From NCBI RefSeq assembly GCF_009914755.1, contig NC_060937.1: a DNA stretch of 64,000 nt; one strand, 5' to 3'. The notes below the pieces were generated by a model. The model had not been told where the DNA came from, made no database searches, and was given only the letters and a program-made list of their open reading frames with translations. The position numbers and the translations under genes are program-made. Positions 1-13,241 of the stretch are shown here, piece after piece. How positions within the stretch are numbered: the first letter of the stretch is position 1; each line of letters opens with the position of its first letter. The stretch comes from the human T2T-CHM13v2.0 reference genome, Homo sapiens.

Positions 1-570
1 TACTCAGCAGCTGTTATATGATGACTGACTACAATGGGACCAAGGTTGTTTATCTGAAATACAATCCTCACAGCTGGCAAGTGTCAGAGTGCTATCTCTT
101 GGAACTGCTGAAAAATCTGTAGTGAATTTCCTTAAAAACCTCAAGAAATCAGTATCTATTGAGCTTTTGTTGTAACTTTCATTTGTCTGATTTTTAAATA
201 ATTGATTGAAAATTGCATCTGTACATTCATCTTTACACACATACAAGCTCAAATGCTTTAAAAATAGATTTGAAGGTTGGAAGAGCATCACAAATAAAGG
301 GTAGTTATAAAGATCAGCTAAAAACAATTTCTTTCAAAGATAGCACACATATGTAAAATAAGATATTTGAGGGTGAGTCGAGTATAATAAACACATGCAG
401 ACATATTCCTTTGAGAATGTAGTTTCTACTTCAAATTTATATATGTTTATATGGAGGTAGTTTGGGTGTCAATGTGATTATAAAGTATGCAATGGTGAAT
501 AAATTGAGCAATTTATTTTCAAGAGATATATCTGCTTGTAAAGAGAGCAATAAAATAAATGAATGTGTGG

Positions 571-707
571 TGTATTAGTCCGTTCTCACAGTGCTATGAA
601 GAAATACTCAAGACTAGATAATTTATAAAGAAAAGAGGTTTAATTGACTCACAGTTCCACGTGGCTGGGGAGCCCTCATGAAACTTACAATCATGGTGGA
701 AGGCACC
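571..707 (-). mobile_element. Terminal part of the 3' LTR of an outer THE1 (THE1D-like) MaLR element, interrupted by MLT2A
   Basis: Begins tgtattagtccgttctcac (reverse complement of the MaLR LTR end). Aligns to 8652-8788 up to ...aaggcacc, where MLT2A starts. The left flank tgtgg matches the right flank tgttg after 9007 (4/5 TSD). Confidence 0.85.
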
Positions 708-1250
708 TGTGATGGTTAATATTGAGTGTCAACCTGATTGGATTGAAGGACACACAGTATCGTTTCTGGGTGTGTCTGTGGAGTGTGGCCAAAAGAAATT
801 AATGTTTGAGTCAACTAGGAGAGCCAGACTGACCCTCGATCTGGGTGGGCACCATCTAATTAGCTGTCAGCACAGCTAGAATAAAGCAGGCAGAAGAAGA
901 TAAAAAGAGGAGACTTGCTGAGCCTTCCAGCCTTCATCTTTCTCCTGTGTTGTATGCTTCCTTCCCTCAAACATCAGACTTCAAGTTCTTCAGCTTTCGG
1001 ATTCTTGAACTTACACCAGTGGTTTGCCAGGGGCTCTTGGGTCTTTGGACACAGACTGAAGTCTGCACTGTCAGGTTCCTACTTTTGAAGATATGGGACT
1101 TGAACTGCCTTCCTTGCTCCTCAGCTTGCAGGCGGCCTATTGTGGGACTTCACCCTTGTAATCCAGTGAGTCAATACTCCTTAATAACTCTCCTTCATAT
1201 ATACATCTATTCTATTAGCTTTGTCTCTCTGGAGCACCCTGACTGATACA
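708..1250 (+). mobile_element. MLT2A (MLT2A1-like) 5' LTR of HERV-L
   Basis: Starts tgtgatggttaatattgagtgtcaac and ends ...ccctgactgataca. Homologous to 5668-6065 and followed by the HERV-L leader. Confidence 0.92.
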
Positions 1251-1448
1251 GATTTTTGTATCAGGAGTGAACCTAGAAGAACAAAATTTTAAGGATAGAT
1301 TTCTTTATTTAGTTTTATGGTTTCTGGAGTTGGCTGCTTAATCTGATTAGACTCCAAAATGCCAAGGACTCTACTTCTGATAGTATGGAGAACACTGATA
1401 GTCCTTGGTGTGAACTATTTAGAGAGTTATAAAAAATAAATGTGTTTG

Positions 1449-1782
<334 letters not shown>

Positions 1783-3711
1783 TTAGCGACTCTATACGTA
1801 ACACCTTCAACCATAGGTGGACAACCAAGGAATATAATGAAGTTGGCTGGTTGTTCCTAAGTTTGCTAGACAAAGTGATGAAAGAAAATGAAGTCAGGGA
1901 TTCTAACTCCCAGCTCCAGAAACACATACTGAGCTTCAAATCTTCTAAGACTGCCCTGAGTGAGAGTCTTATTTCCTGTTCACAAAGGGCTAAAATTGTG
2001 GAAAATCAGACATAAGCTCTTATCATGCAGTGAAAGGTGCACGCACAGCCTTGCCAGGTGTCTACTGTTAAAGTGAAGGCATTGATTGGAAAAGATTTGG
2101 ATCCTGCCACTTGGAATGGGAACATGTGGAAGGATACTGATGAGGCTGGGGGCACTGAAGTCTTAAATTCTGAAGAGCTTTTTTTGCCAGAAGAAACAGC
2201 CTCCCCACCCCCAGTGGTGGCAACATCACCTTCCCCTCCCACACTGCCATCAGTCTATCCACCTTGGTCTGAGGAGATTAACTATGCACTACCTGAGCCA
2301 GTTGTCAGACAATGCTGATTCTCCTCAGGACCGACCCCCAACACCCCTGTTTGCTTCTGGGCCTATAACTAAATTCCTGGCAGGCCCCTAGAGGTAAGAT
2401 TCAGAATGTGATCCATAGGGTGTTGTCCTAGAGTCCAAAAGACCTGCTTGAGTTTTCTAATTTATATAAGCAGAAATCTGGAAAACAGCCATGGGAATGG
2501 ATACTAAGGGTGTGGAATAATGGTGGAAGAAACATAGACTTGGGTCAGGCTGAACTTACCGATATGGGCCTACTAAGCAGGGATTCTGCATTTAATGTTC
2601 AGCTCAGGGAGTTAAAAAAAGTTCTAATAGCTTATTTCCATGGTTAGCTGAAACACGGATCAAAAGATGGTCCACTGTGAGCGAGTTGGAAATGCGCAGT
2701 CTCCCTTGGTTTAATGTGGAGGAAGGGATAAAAAGGCTTAGGGGGATGGGAATGCTAGAGATTAGCCACTTTAGACATACTCATTTCAATGGGGAGGGTC
2801 CGTAAGACATACTCTTCACTAATAATTCTTCACTAAGATCTCTGTGATTGCTCTTCTTTGTATGCCTGATCTTACAGTGGGAACCACAGTCACTCAATTG
2901 GAAAACTTAAATGTAATGAGAATAATTGGATTCCAAGGTGTCAGGGGCCAAGTGGCAGCACTCAACCATCAAAGGCAAAGTGGACCTAGCTGTCACAATG
3001 GACAGCAGAGGCAAAGCAGCAATCAGAATAGTCTGACTCGTGTAGAGCTCTGGCATTAGTTAATTAATCACGGTGTTCCCAGAAGTGAAACTGATAGGAA
3101 GCCTACTGCATTCTTACTTAATTTGTATAGGCAGAAAACTTCCAGGCCAAGTGGACAAAAGACTAATTTGAATTATAAAAATAGAGAATCATGGCCCCTC
3201 AATCAATTTGCAGACTTGCAACAGTTTACAGACCCCCTTAAATTAAGGGGAGGCTATGTCCCCTTGAGGAAGGACCCCACTATAATATCGACAGTTTATA
3301 CTGTTCATCTTTCTCCCATTCTTCCCCAAGGAGACCTCTGGCCTTTTACCAGGATAACTGCACTGGGGAAAGGGGAATGATCAGACATTTTGGAGACTAC
3401 TGGACAGTGGTTCAGAGCTGACATTGTTTCCAGGGGACCCAAAACGTTATTGTGGCCCTCCAGTTTAAAAAGGGGCATATGGAGGTCAGGTAATTAATGG
3501 AGTTTTAGGTCATGTCTGACTTACAGTGGATCTAGCAGTTCACAGACTCATCCTGTGTTTATTTTGCTAGTGCCAGAATGCATAATTGGCATAGACATAC
3601 TTAGCAGCTGGAACAATCCCCACATTGGCTCCCTGACTCATAGAGTGAGGGACATTATGATGGGAAAGGCCAAATGGAAGCCATTAAAGCTGCCTCTACC
3701 TAGAAAAAATA

Positions 3712-4215
3712 GTGAAGCGAAAACAATATCACATAGCTAGAAGGAATGCAGAGATTAGTGCCACCATCAAGCACTTGAAAGATGCAGGGGTGGTGATTCC
3801 CGCCACATTGCTGTTCAACTTTCCTATTTGGCCTGTGGAGAAGACAGATGGATCATGGAAAATGACAGTAGATTCTCATAAGCTTAACCAAGTGGTGACC
3901 CTAATTGCAGCTTCGGTACCACATGTTGTTTCATTGCTTGAACAAATTAACACATCTCCTAAAACCTGGTATGCAGCCATTGATTTGGCAAATACCTTTT
4001 TCTCCATTCCTGTTCATGAGGCCCACCAGAAGCCACTTGCTTTCAACTGGCAAGGCCAGCAATATACTTTCACTGTCCTACCTCAGGGGTATATCAACTC
4101 TCTGGCTTTGTGTCATAATCTTGTTTGCAGAGATCTTGATCTCTTTTCACTTCCACAAGATACCACGTTGATCTATTACATTGAGGGCATTATTCTGCTT
4201 GGATTCAGTGAGTAA
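3712..4215 (+). pseudogene. HERV-L reverse transcriptase fragment, catalytically dead
   Basis: ORF contains PIWPVEKTDGSWKMTVD, AAIDLANTFFSIP and QYTFTVLPQGY. The YxDD box reads YIEG, and a stop follows. Confidence 0.9.
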
Positions 4216-5667
4216 GAAGTAGCAAACAAATTGGATAAAGGCTGACCTGACTACAGCCATTGCTGAGTGCCCAATTAGCCAGCAGCAGAGACTAACATTG
4301 AGCCCTTGATATGGCATCATTTTTGGGGGTGATTAGCCAGCTACTTGGTGGCAGGTTGATTATATTGGACCTCTTCAACCATGGAAAGGAGAGCAATTTG
4401 TCCTAACTAAAGTAGACAGTTTCTCTTGATATGGGTTTACCTATCCTGCATGCTATGCTTCTGCCAAGACTATCATCCATGGATTCATGAAATGCCTTAT
4501 CCACCATCATGGTATTCCACATAGCATTGCCTTTGACCAAGACACTCTCTTTATGGTTAAAGAAGTGCAACAGTGGGCTCATGCTCATAGAATTCACTGG
4601 TCTTACCATGTCCCCCATCATCCTCAAGCAGCTGGATTGACAGAACAGTAGAATGGCCTTTTGAAGTCAAAATTACAATGCCAACTAGCATTGTACCAAC
4701 TAGGTGACAATACTGTGTAGGGCTGGGGCAAAGTTCTCCAGAAGCCTGTGTATGCTCTGAATCAGCATCCAATATATGGTACTGTTTCTCCCATAGCCAG
4801 TATTTAGGGGTCCAGGAATCAAGGGGTGGAAGTGGAAGTGGCACAACTCACCATCACCCCTAGTGACCCAGTAACAAAATTTTTGATTCCTGTTTCCATT
4901 ACATTATTTTCTTCTGGCCTAGAGAACTTAGTTCCAGAGGGAGGAATGCTGCCACCAGGAGACACAACAACAATTCCATTAAACTGGAAGGTAAGTCAAC
5001 AGGCAAGGAAGGGAATGAACAGTGTTGGCTGGGGAAATTGACGCAACTATCAAGATGACATCATTCTACTACTCCACAGTGGAGGTAAGGAAGAGTATGC
5101 ATGGAATACAGGAGATCCCTTAGAGCGTCAGTTAGTATTACCATGCCCTGTGATTAAGGTCAATGAGAAACTACAACAACCCAATCCAGGCAGAACTACA
5201 AATGGCCAAAACCCTTCAGGAATGAAGGTTTAGGTCACTCCATCAGATGAAAAGATAAGACCAGATGAGGTTCTTGCTGAAGGCAAAGGAAATCCAGAAT
5301 TGGTAGAAGAAGAAAGTAGCTATCAATATCAGCTAGGACCACGTGACCAGTTGCAGAAACAAGTACTGTAATTGTCATATATATACTTGTATGCTTGTGC
5401 ATGTATACACTTGTACTAAGAAAATATCTTCATTTTATTTCCTTTCTTTTTCTTTATCATATGACACAAGATTTATTGACTTTATCTCAGCATTTGAGTG
5501 CTGTTAATTTTATGTAATAGCATTTGGGTTAAGGAATAGTGTGCTTCCAGTTGTACAAATGATAGCCATGTTATGTTAAGCTTAATCATGACCTTATTAT
5601 TTTCTTTATTTGAAGATCATATATGAGTTCAGGAGACATATATGTTCAAGTTTAAAAGGGATGGACT

Positions 5668-6065
5668 TTTGATGGTTAATATGGAGTGTCAACTTGATTG
5701 GATTGAAGGATGCAAAGTATTGTTCCTGGGTGTGCCTGTGAGAGTGTTGCCAAAAGAGATTAATATTTGAGTCATTGGACTGGCAGAGGCAGACTCACCT
5801 TCAATCTAGGTGGGTACCATCTAATCAGCAGCCAGTGCAGCTAGAATAAAGCCAGGAGACGTAATTGGAAAGAGCAGACTTGTTGAGTCTTCTGGCTTTC
5901 ATCATTCTCCTGTGCCTGATGTGTCCTGCTCTTGAACTTTTGACTCAACGTTTACAGCTTTCAGACTCTTAGACTTACACCAGTGGTTTACCAGGGGCTC
6001 TCAGGTCTTTGGCCACAGAATAAAGGCTGCATTGTTGGCTTCCCTACTTTTGAGGTTTTGGGACT
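5668..6065 (+). mobile_element. MLT2A 3' LTR, truncated by THE1 insertion and later deletion
   Basis: Homologous to 708-1100 and breaks at ...gggact|tgatatg. The remainder is not found downstream. Confidence 0.9.
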
Positions 6066-7495
6066 TGATATGCTTTGGCTGTGTCCCCACCCAAATCTCA
6101 TATTGAATTCTATTTCTTATAATTCCCACATGTCATGGGCGAGACCCAGTGGGAGGTAACTGAATTATGGAGGCAGCTTTTTTCATGCAATTCTCATGAT
6201 AGTGAGTATGTTTTCACAAGATCTTATGGTTTTATAAGGGGCTTTCCACTTCACTTAGTTTTTATTCTTCTTGCATCTGCAATGTGAAGAAAAACGTGTT
6301 TGCCTTTCCTTGTATCATAATTGTAAGTTTCCTGAGGTGCCCCCAGCCCTGTGGAACTGTGAGTCAATAAATTCTCTTTCCTTTATAAATTACCCAGCCT
6401 TAGGTATTTCTTCGTAGCAGCATGAGAACTGACTAATGCAGTAAATTGGTACCAGTTAGTGGGGCACTGCTATAAAGATACCCAAAAATGTGGAAGCAAC
6501 TTTGGAACTTGGTAACAGGCAGAAGTTGGAGCAGTTTGGAGGGCTCAGAATAAGACAAGAAGATGTGAGAAAGTTTGGAACTTTCTAGAGACTGTTGAAT
6601 ATCTTTTACCAAAATGCTGATAGTGATATGGACAATGAAGTTCAGGCTGATGTGGTCTCAGGTAGAGATGAGAAACCTGTTTGGAATTGGAGCAAAGGCA
6701 ACTCTTGCTATGCTTTGGCAAAGAGACTGGTGGCATTTTGCTCCTGCCCTAGAGATCTATGGAACTTTGAATTTGAGAGAGATGATTTAACGTATCTGGT
6801 GGAAGAAATTTCTAAGTAGCAAAGTGTTAATGATGTGACTTGTGTGCTGTTAAAAGCATTCAGTTTTATGTATTCACAAATATATAATTTGGAATTGGAA
6901 CTTATGTTTCAATGGGAAGTGGAACATAAAAGTTTAGGCGAGTTTCAGCCTGATGATGTGATAGAAAGGCAAAACCCATTTTCTGAGAAGAAATTTATGC
7001 CAGCTGCATAAATTTGTATAACTAATGAAAAGCCGAATGTTAATCATTAAGAAAACGCGGAAAATGTCTCCAGGGCATGTTTAGAGGCCTTTATGGCAGC
7101 CTGTCCCCTCACAGGCCTGGAGGTCTAGGAGGCAAAAAAGGTTGCCTGGGCAGCATTCAAGGACCCCCTTCTGTGTGCAGCCTCAGGACTTGGTGCCCTG
7201 CATCCCAGCCACTCCAGCCATGGCTAAGAAGATCCAAGGTACATTTCAGCCCATTGTTTTAGAGAGTGCAAGCCCCAATCCTTGGCAGCTTCCATGGGGT
7301 GTTGGTTCTGTGGGTATGCACAAGACCAAAATTGAGGGTTGGGAACATCTGCCTAGATTTCAGAGGATGCACGGAAATGCCTGGATGTCCAGGCAGAAGT
7401 CTGCTTCAGGGGCTGAACCCACATGGAGAACCTCTGCCAGGAAAATGTGGGGTCAGAGTCCCCATACAGAGTCCCCACTGGGACACTTCCTAGTG
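6066..7495 (+). mobile_element. Inner THE1 element: 5' LTR (6066-6440) and 5' part of the internal sequence
   Basis: LTR start tgatatgctttggctgtgtccccacccaaatctca, end gactaatgca, internal start gtaaattggtaccag. Confidence 0.92.
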
Positions 7496-9007
7496 CCTGC
7501 AACTTTTCCAGGTACACAGTGCAAGCTGTCAGTGGATGTTTCATTCTGAGGTTTGGAGGACTGTGGACCTCTTCTCAGAGCTCCACCAGGCAGTGCTCCA
7601 GTGGGGACACTGTGTGGTGGCTCCAACCCCATATTTTCCTTCTGCGCTGCTCTAGCAGAAGCTCTCCCTGAGGGTTCTGCCCCTGCAGCAAATTTCTCCC
7701 TGGACATCCAGGCATTTTCGTACACTCTCTGAAATCTAGGCAGAGGCTCCCAAACCTCAATTTGTGACTTCTGTGGACCCACAGGCTCAATATCACACGG
7801 AAGTTGCCAAGACTTGGGGCTTTCACCCTCTGTAGTAATGGCTCGAGCTGTATCTTGGTCCCTTTTAGCCAAGAATGGAGCTGAAGCAGCTGGGAAACAG
7901 GGTACCATGTCCCGAGGCTGCACAGAGCAGGGGGGCCCTGAACTGGGCCCAAGAAACCAAGTTTTGCTCCTAGGCCTTTGGATAAGTGATGGGAGGAGCT
8001 TCCATGAAGGTCTCTGACATTCCCTGGAGATATTTTTCCCATTGTCTTGATGATTAACATTTGGCTCCTCATTACTTATGCAGATTTCTGCAGTGGGCTT
8101 ACATTTCTCTCCCCAAAATGTGTGTGTTTTAAAAATTTTTTTATTTTATTTTTTCATTGCATGATCAGGCTGCAAATTTTCCAAACTTTTATGCCCTGTT
8201 TCCGCTTGAACACTTTGTCACTTAGAAATGTCTTCTGCCAGATACCCTAAATAATCTCTCTCAAGTTCAAAGTGCCACAGAGCTCTAAGACAGGGGCAAA
8301 ATGCTGCCAGTCTCTTTGCTAAAACATAGCAAGAGTCACTTTTGCTTCAGTTCCCAACAAGTTTCTTATCCCTATCTGAGACCACCTCAGCCTGGACTTC
8401 ATTGTCCATATCACTATCAGCATTTTGGTCAAAGCCATTCAACAAGTCTCTAGGAAGTTTGAAACTTCCAACATCTTCCTGTCTTCTGAGCCCTCCAAGT
8501 CTCTTGGAAGTTCCAAACTTTCGCACATTTTCCTATGTCCTTCTGAGCCCTCCAAACTGTTTCAACCTCTGTTTGTTACTGAGTTCCAAAGTCGCTTCCA
8601 AATTTTCAGGTATCCTTATAAAAGTGCCCCACTGCCTCAGCACCAATTTACTGTATTAGTTCGTTTTCATGTTGCTATGAAGAAATACTTGAGACTGGGC
8701 AATTTATATAGAAGAGAGGTTTAATTGGCTTATAGTTTCACCCGGCTGGGGAGGCCTCAAGAAACTTACAATCATGGTGTAAGGCACCTGTTCACAGGGT
8801 AGCAGGAGAGAGAATGAGTGCCAAGCAAAGGGGAAGCCCCTTATTAAACCATCAGATATCACGAGAACTCACTCACTATCATGAGAACAGCATGGGGAAA
8901 ACAGCTCCCATGGTTTAATTATCTCCATCTGGTCCTGCCCTTGACATGTGGGAATTATAACAATTCAAGGTGAGATTTGGGTGAGGACACAGAGCCAAAA
9001 CATATTA
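7492..9007 (-). mobile_element. Outer THE1D-like element: internal sequence (7492-8651) and 5' LTR (8652-9007)
   Basis: Reverse-complement homologue of 6066-7495. The MaLR-int-like ORF 7453-7923(-) mirrors 7142-7549(+). Confidence 0.92.
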
Positions 9008-11187
9008 TGTTGTTACTGGACCTTTTTGTTTATATCAGGGTAAAGTTTGAAGGGGATAACTGAATGGAACTCAAACTGTTTTGTCTATTTTACATTGGGA
9101 AATTTAGAGCATTGTTCCTGGTAGAAGGAAAGACTATATACAGAAAGTAGAATTGGAAGTGCCACTTAAAAGTCAGAAATTTGGGCTGAATTTGGGGAAG
9201 TGTCTGGGGAAGATTTGAGCAAGGGATTTGTGGATATATGCAGTATCCATGCTTCAGGCTTTGGAGAGATAATTGGGTGGCAAGTACTCGTAGAAATTTC
9301 TCCAAGGTGTTATGAATTGCAGCACCTCTAGCACTTTTTGAAAGAATGTTGTAAAGGATAAAATTGCTTTGTCATTGCTTTCGGATGTTTATCTCAATTT
9401 AGCAACATGTTGAAACAGCCATAAAGAGACCCACTTTTATTGTTATATTAATAAACTCAGAAGGTATATTTTTGAAAGCATACATCTCAATTATTTTGTT
9501 TTCAAACTTACAGTAGCACTTTATTAAAGAGTGTAAATGTCACATTTTTCCTTTTTTGTTTTTAATGTTACTTATACATCATGGTAAAATTGTGATCATG
9601 ATTTGCCTTTCTAACTGAATTGATTTCAGTTTTAATGTCATAACACTTTTTAGTACCACGTCTTATTTGCTGAGTTTCTGCAACTTACTACTATATTCAC
9701 TGCTTTTGCCATGTAAACATGTACAATAAATTGAGTATTCCTTTTCTCTAAATAACTGAACATCTAATCATTGGTTAAATCTAGTCCTGTAATTGTTATG
9801 TCTTCAGTATTTCTTGATTTTTTTTTTTTTTGGTCATAGTCAGGTAACCCTATTCTGTTTTACCTGTATTTGTCTTTTCTTTATCTTCGGGGCAGTATTT
9901 TTTGCAGAGTACCATCTGTTTGTCCAGTTTTGTTTCTGTTTTATAAGTCAGTCCTACCAGGAACTGTGCATATATCAACAGATTCTTTCAGCCTTACAAC
10001 CAGAAGTACAGACGGCTAAGGGTTCTCATATTAGATCAGGAAAACAGAAGCCAGTCCTTGGCATCTCCTTTGCTTTTAATGAGAACCATGATTTGATTAA
10101 TCAGATGGATGAACAAAAACTCATGTCATGCCCAGCTGTAGTACTTCATAATCTGCCCCTCCCAAGACTGAATCCATTTATAGCATTGGATTTCTGCCTT
10201 GGCATGTTCTTCTAATTTTCAAAATTGAACTGCTGCCTAGGATGAGTGGATTTTATCTTCTACTTATTAGTTTGGAACTCTGGAGGCCAATAATTACCTG
10301 AATAGTATCCAAACTACTAATAAGTAAGACCATATTCATTTGACTAGTTGGCTATCTACAATGAGACCAGCCTTTGCAATTGCTATTCCTATATTTCTGT
10401 TAGATTGCTGTTAACTCTCTGGCTTTCTGAAGCCATAGCAGTGCATAGGCTGAAGAGTCTCTTTTGTATATTAACTTATCAATAGAAGTTTCTTCACATA
10501 ATGCACATTTATTCTCTGAGACTGTATCAACATCTTTAATTATATATTTGATGCTGATTAGATTATATGAAAATTCCAGAATACTGATCTCTGAGTAATC
10601 AAGACTTTAAGTGTTACAGGCAATTATCTTCATTCTTAAAATGAAAACTAAATGAAAGAAAACTTTGCATTGGATCTAAATATATCTGTTAGGTGATAAA
10701 TTACTATGAAACTATAAAAATACTAAACCTAGATGTTTATTAATATATAATTGACTTAAAATATCATATTCAACTTTACTATGTAGAAGTGAAATAGTGG
10801 CATTTCTAACTTGAAATGCTATAGTTTTTTATTGCAAATTGAACTTCTGTTTAAAGCACACTTAAAAATACTGTGTACAAAATATGCTATTGAATATTAA
10901 GAACATATACTTCTTTTGCATTAGCAATACAACAGTTTCAAAGTTAAATCTAGCATTTATTAAGATTGTTACCTAAATGGGATAAAGACACATGAACTTT
11001 GATGTCCCGAGAAGCATTTCAAGCTACCTTGTCTGTCCATCCCACTGGCACTGTTATTGCCCTCAAAATTTCTCTCCTAAGTTATTGCAACAAACTTATA
11101 ATTACTTCGTTTTTCATTAATTCTATCTTATTTCTTACTTATTCTGAACATTCATCTTAAATGATTTTACTTCTTTAAAAATATGCT

Positions 11188-12022
11188 TAAACATTTAATT
11201 GATAGATAAATGTGTATGTATTCACCAGGTACAAAATGATGTCTTGAAGTACAACAGACTATTGAACAACATGTGGGTTAGAAGTACTAATCCCTACACA
11301 AACAAAAACTCATGTGTAACTTTGGTCTGCCCCAAAACTTAGCAACTAATAGTCAACTGTTAACTGGAAGCCTTACTCATAACATAAACAGTTGATTAAC
11401 ACATATTATGTACACTTGTTATTTAAAGTACGTTTATCATGAAATAAGCTAGAGAAAAGAAAATGTTATTAAGAAAATCATAAGGAAGAGAAATTTTATT
11501 TACTACTTATTAATTACGAATAGATTATTATAAGGGTCTTCATTCTCATTATGTTCACATTGAATAGGCTGAGCAGATGGGGAGGCATTGGTCTTGTTTT
11601 CTCAGGGATCAGAGAAGTGGAAGAAAATCTGAATGTAAGTGGACCCACACAGTTCAAACCCATGTTGTTCAAAAGTTAACTGTATGTATACATTATAAAG
11701 TGACTAAATATATTTAATTAACATTAACTCACATAGTTATATTTTTGTAGTGAGAACACTTTACATCCATTCTCTTAGTATTGTTTTAAGAATAAGTTAT
11801 TAACTATAGTTGCCATGTTGTTCAATAGAACTTTTGGTCTTATTTTTCCTATGTAGCTGAAATATTCTATGCTTTGACCAATATTTTTCCAACTCCCTAC
11901 TCTCCAACCATCCTATCTGCTCCTAACCATCAGCCTATGCTTTACTTCTATGATATAAATTTCTATAGATTCCACATATGAGCGAGATTGTGCAGTATTT
12001 GTATTTCTGTTCCTGACTTAGT
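11188..12022 (-). mobile_element. L1MA (L1MA8/9-like) 3' end, split by Tigger2a
   Basis: Typical antisense L1MA 3'UTR text (gtgagaacactt, ttattaactatagt, tagattccacatatgag). Confidence 0.75.
11252..11682 (-). mobile_element. Tigger2a (MER28)-like DNA transposon
   Basis: Degenerate TIRs (caacagactattgaacaac ... gttgttcaaaagttaactg), flanking TA on both sides, about 430 bp. Confidence 0.85.
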
Positions 12023-12024
12023 TA

Positions 12025-12233
12025 GTTGAGAAGGATACCTTTGCTGGACACAGTATTCTTCATTGGCAGTTTCTTGTCCTTCAGCTCTTTGAACATATCA
12101 TCCTCATCTCTCTTGTCCTGTAAGATATCTGCTCAGAAATCTACAGCTAGCTCTATTAAAATTCCTTATGTTATTTACTTCTTTTCTCTTGCTGCTTTCA
12201 AGCTCCTCTCTTTATCTCTTTTGATTATAACAC
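12025..12233 (-). mobile_element. L1M ORF1 fragment
   Basis: Antisense ORF1-like text (gaaggatacctttgctgg...ttttctcttgctgctttcaag). Confidence 0.7.
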
Positions 12234-12479
12234 TGTATTAGTCCATTTTCATGCTGCTGATAAAGATATACTCAAGACTAGGAAGAAAAAGAGGTTTAAT
12301 TGGACTTAGAGTTCCACATGGCTGGGGAGGCCTCAATATCATGGCAGGAGGTGAAAGGCACTTCTTACATGGTGGCAGTAAGAGAAAAAGAGGAAGAAGC
12401 AAAAGCAGAAACCCCTGATAAACCCTTCAGGTCTCATGAGACTTATTCACTACCACAAGAATAGCACTGGAAAGACTGG
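12234..12479 (-). mobile_element. THE1B-like LTR, truncated
   Basis: Starts tgtattagtccattttcatgctgctgataaag and stops abruptly at ggaaagactgg. Confidence 0.88.
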
Positions 12480-12934
12480 ATAACTAAGAGAAAAAAGTAT
12501 CTGTAAATATTCAGAAACCAATAATTGCAAGAATAATTTCCAAACATGGGTGTCAGGAAATAAAGGGAAGAGGTGTCCTTATGAGAACTTAATGGTGCAA
12601 AAGAGCAGTGCAATGAGCTGTGTGTTCAGAGGGAACATTGCCCTCCTAGTGCTTGTATGTCTAAGGTGGTTGTTTAAATCACAGAAAAAGGGGTTGTTTA
12701 AACTACAGAGAAAAGCAACGTGCTCCCAACAGGCTGTTGTGAGGGGAGCAGCCTACTATGGTCTCAGACAACCCAGAGTTTGTTTCCCAGTGGATATGTG
12801 AGAGCAATGTGGCTGCTGCTCTGCTTGACAATAGGAATGGCATCTTTGCTTTTGGTACCTCTGAGTGAGCCCAGAGATGCTGGTGCTGGGAATGCCACCA
12901 GACATTGATGGTAACTAATCACTATCATTCAAAG
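12477..12934. repeat. Inverted duplication, copy A (reverse complement of 15260-15719)
   Basis: Identical 83 aa and 62 aa ORFs occur on opposite strands in the two copies. The only difference I found is a 2 bp indel near 12497. Confidence 0.97.
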
Positions 12935-13220
12935 TGAATTTTTTATGTGTCTGTACTGTGCTACCTAGGGTGGGGGTAACGCAGATAATGTAAAACTCTT
13001 CTTCCTACCCTCTTTAATACATTCTTCTTACTATTGTGCTACAAGAAGGTACTATGATAGCTTACCTGGTTTTATGAAGGTATTTTTGTGAAGGTATTTT
13101 GTGAAGTTATTTTGCTAGCTTTTGTGAAGGTATTTTTGCATGTGGATAGTTGTCCAGTGATTTTTCTATGTGGGGACGATTGCTAGAGAGTTCTATTCCA
13201 CCATCTCCCACTCTCTCTGA
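12935..13220 (-). mobile_element. L1M 5' terminus fragment with a short (ttttgtgaaggtat)-like tandem array at ~13071-13138
   Basis: Ends ...gagagttctattccaccatct, the antisense of an L1M 5' end. Confidence 0.6.
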
Positions 13221-13241
13221 GGTCAAACAGACTATTAACAG

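Noticed and set aside
3712-4215. 167 aa RT ORF as a functional or domesticated reverse transcriptase
   Set aside because: Both catalytic aspartates of YxDD are lost (YIEG), the ORF is truncated, and downstream pol is deleted.
7077-8724. Multiple 100-165 aa ORFs on both strands
   Set aside because: They are fragments of THE1 internal sequence in two orientations, frameshifted.
9793-10215. 140 aa hydrophobic ORF (and the similar 41462-41890 ORF)
   Set aside because: Phe/Leu/Ile richness reflects T-rich DNA, including homopolymer runs. There is no domain or splice support.
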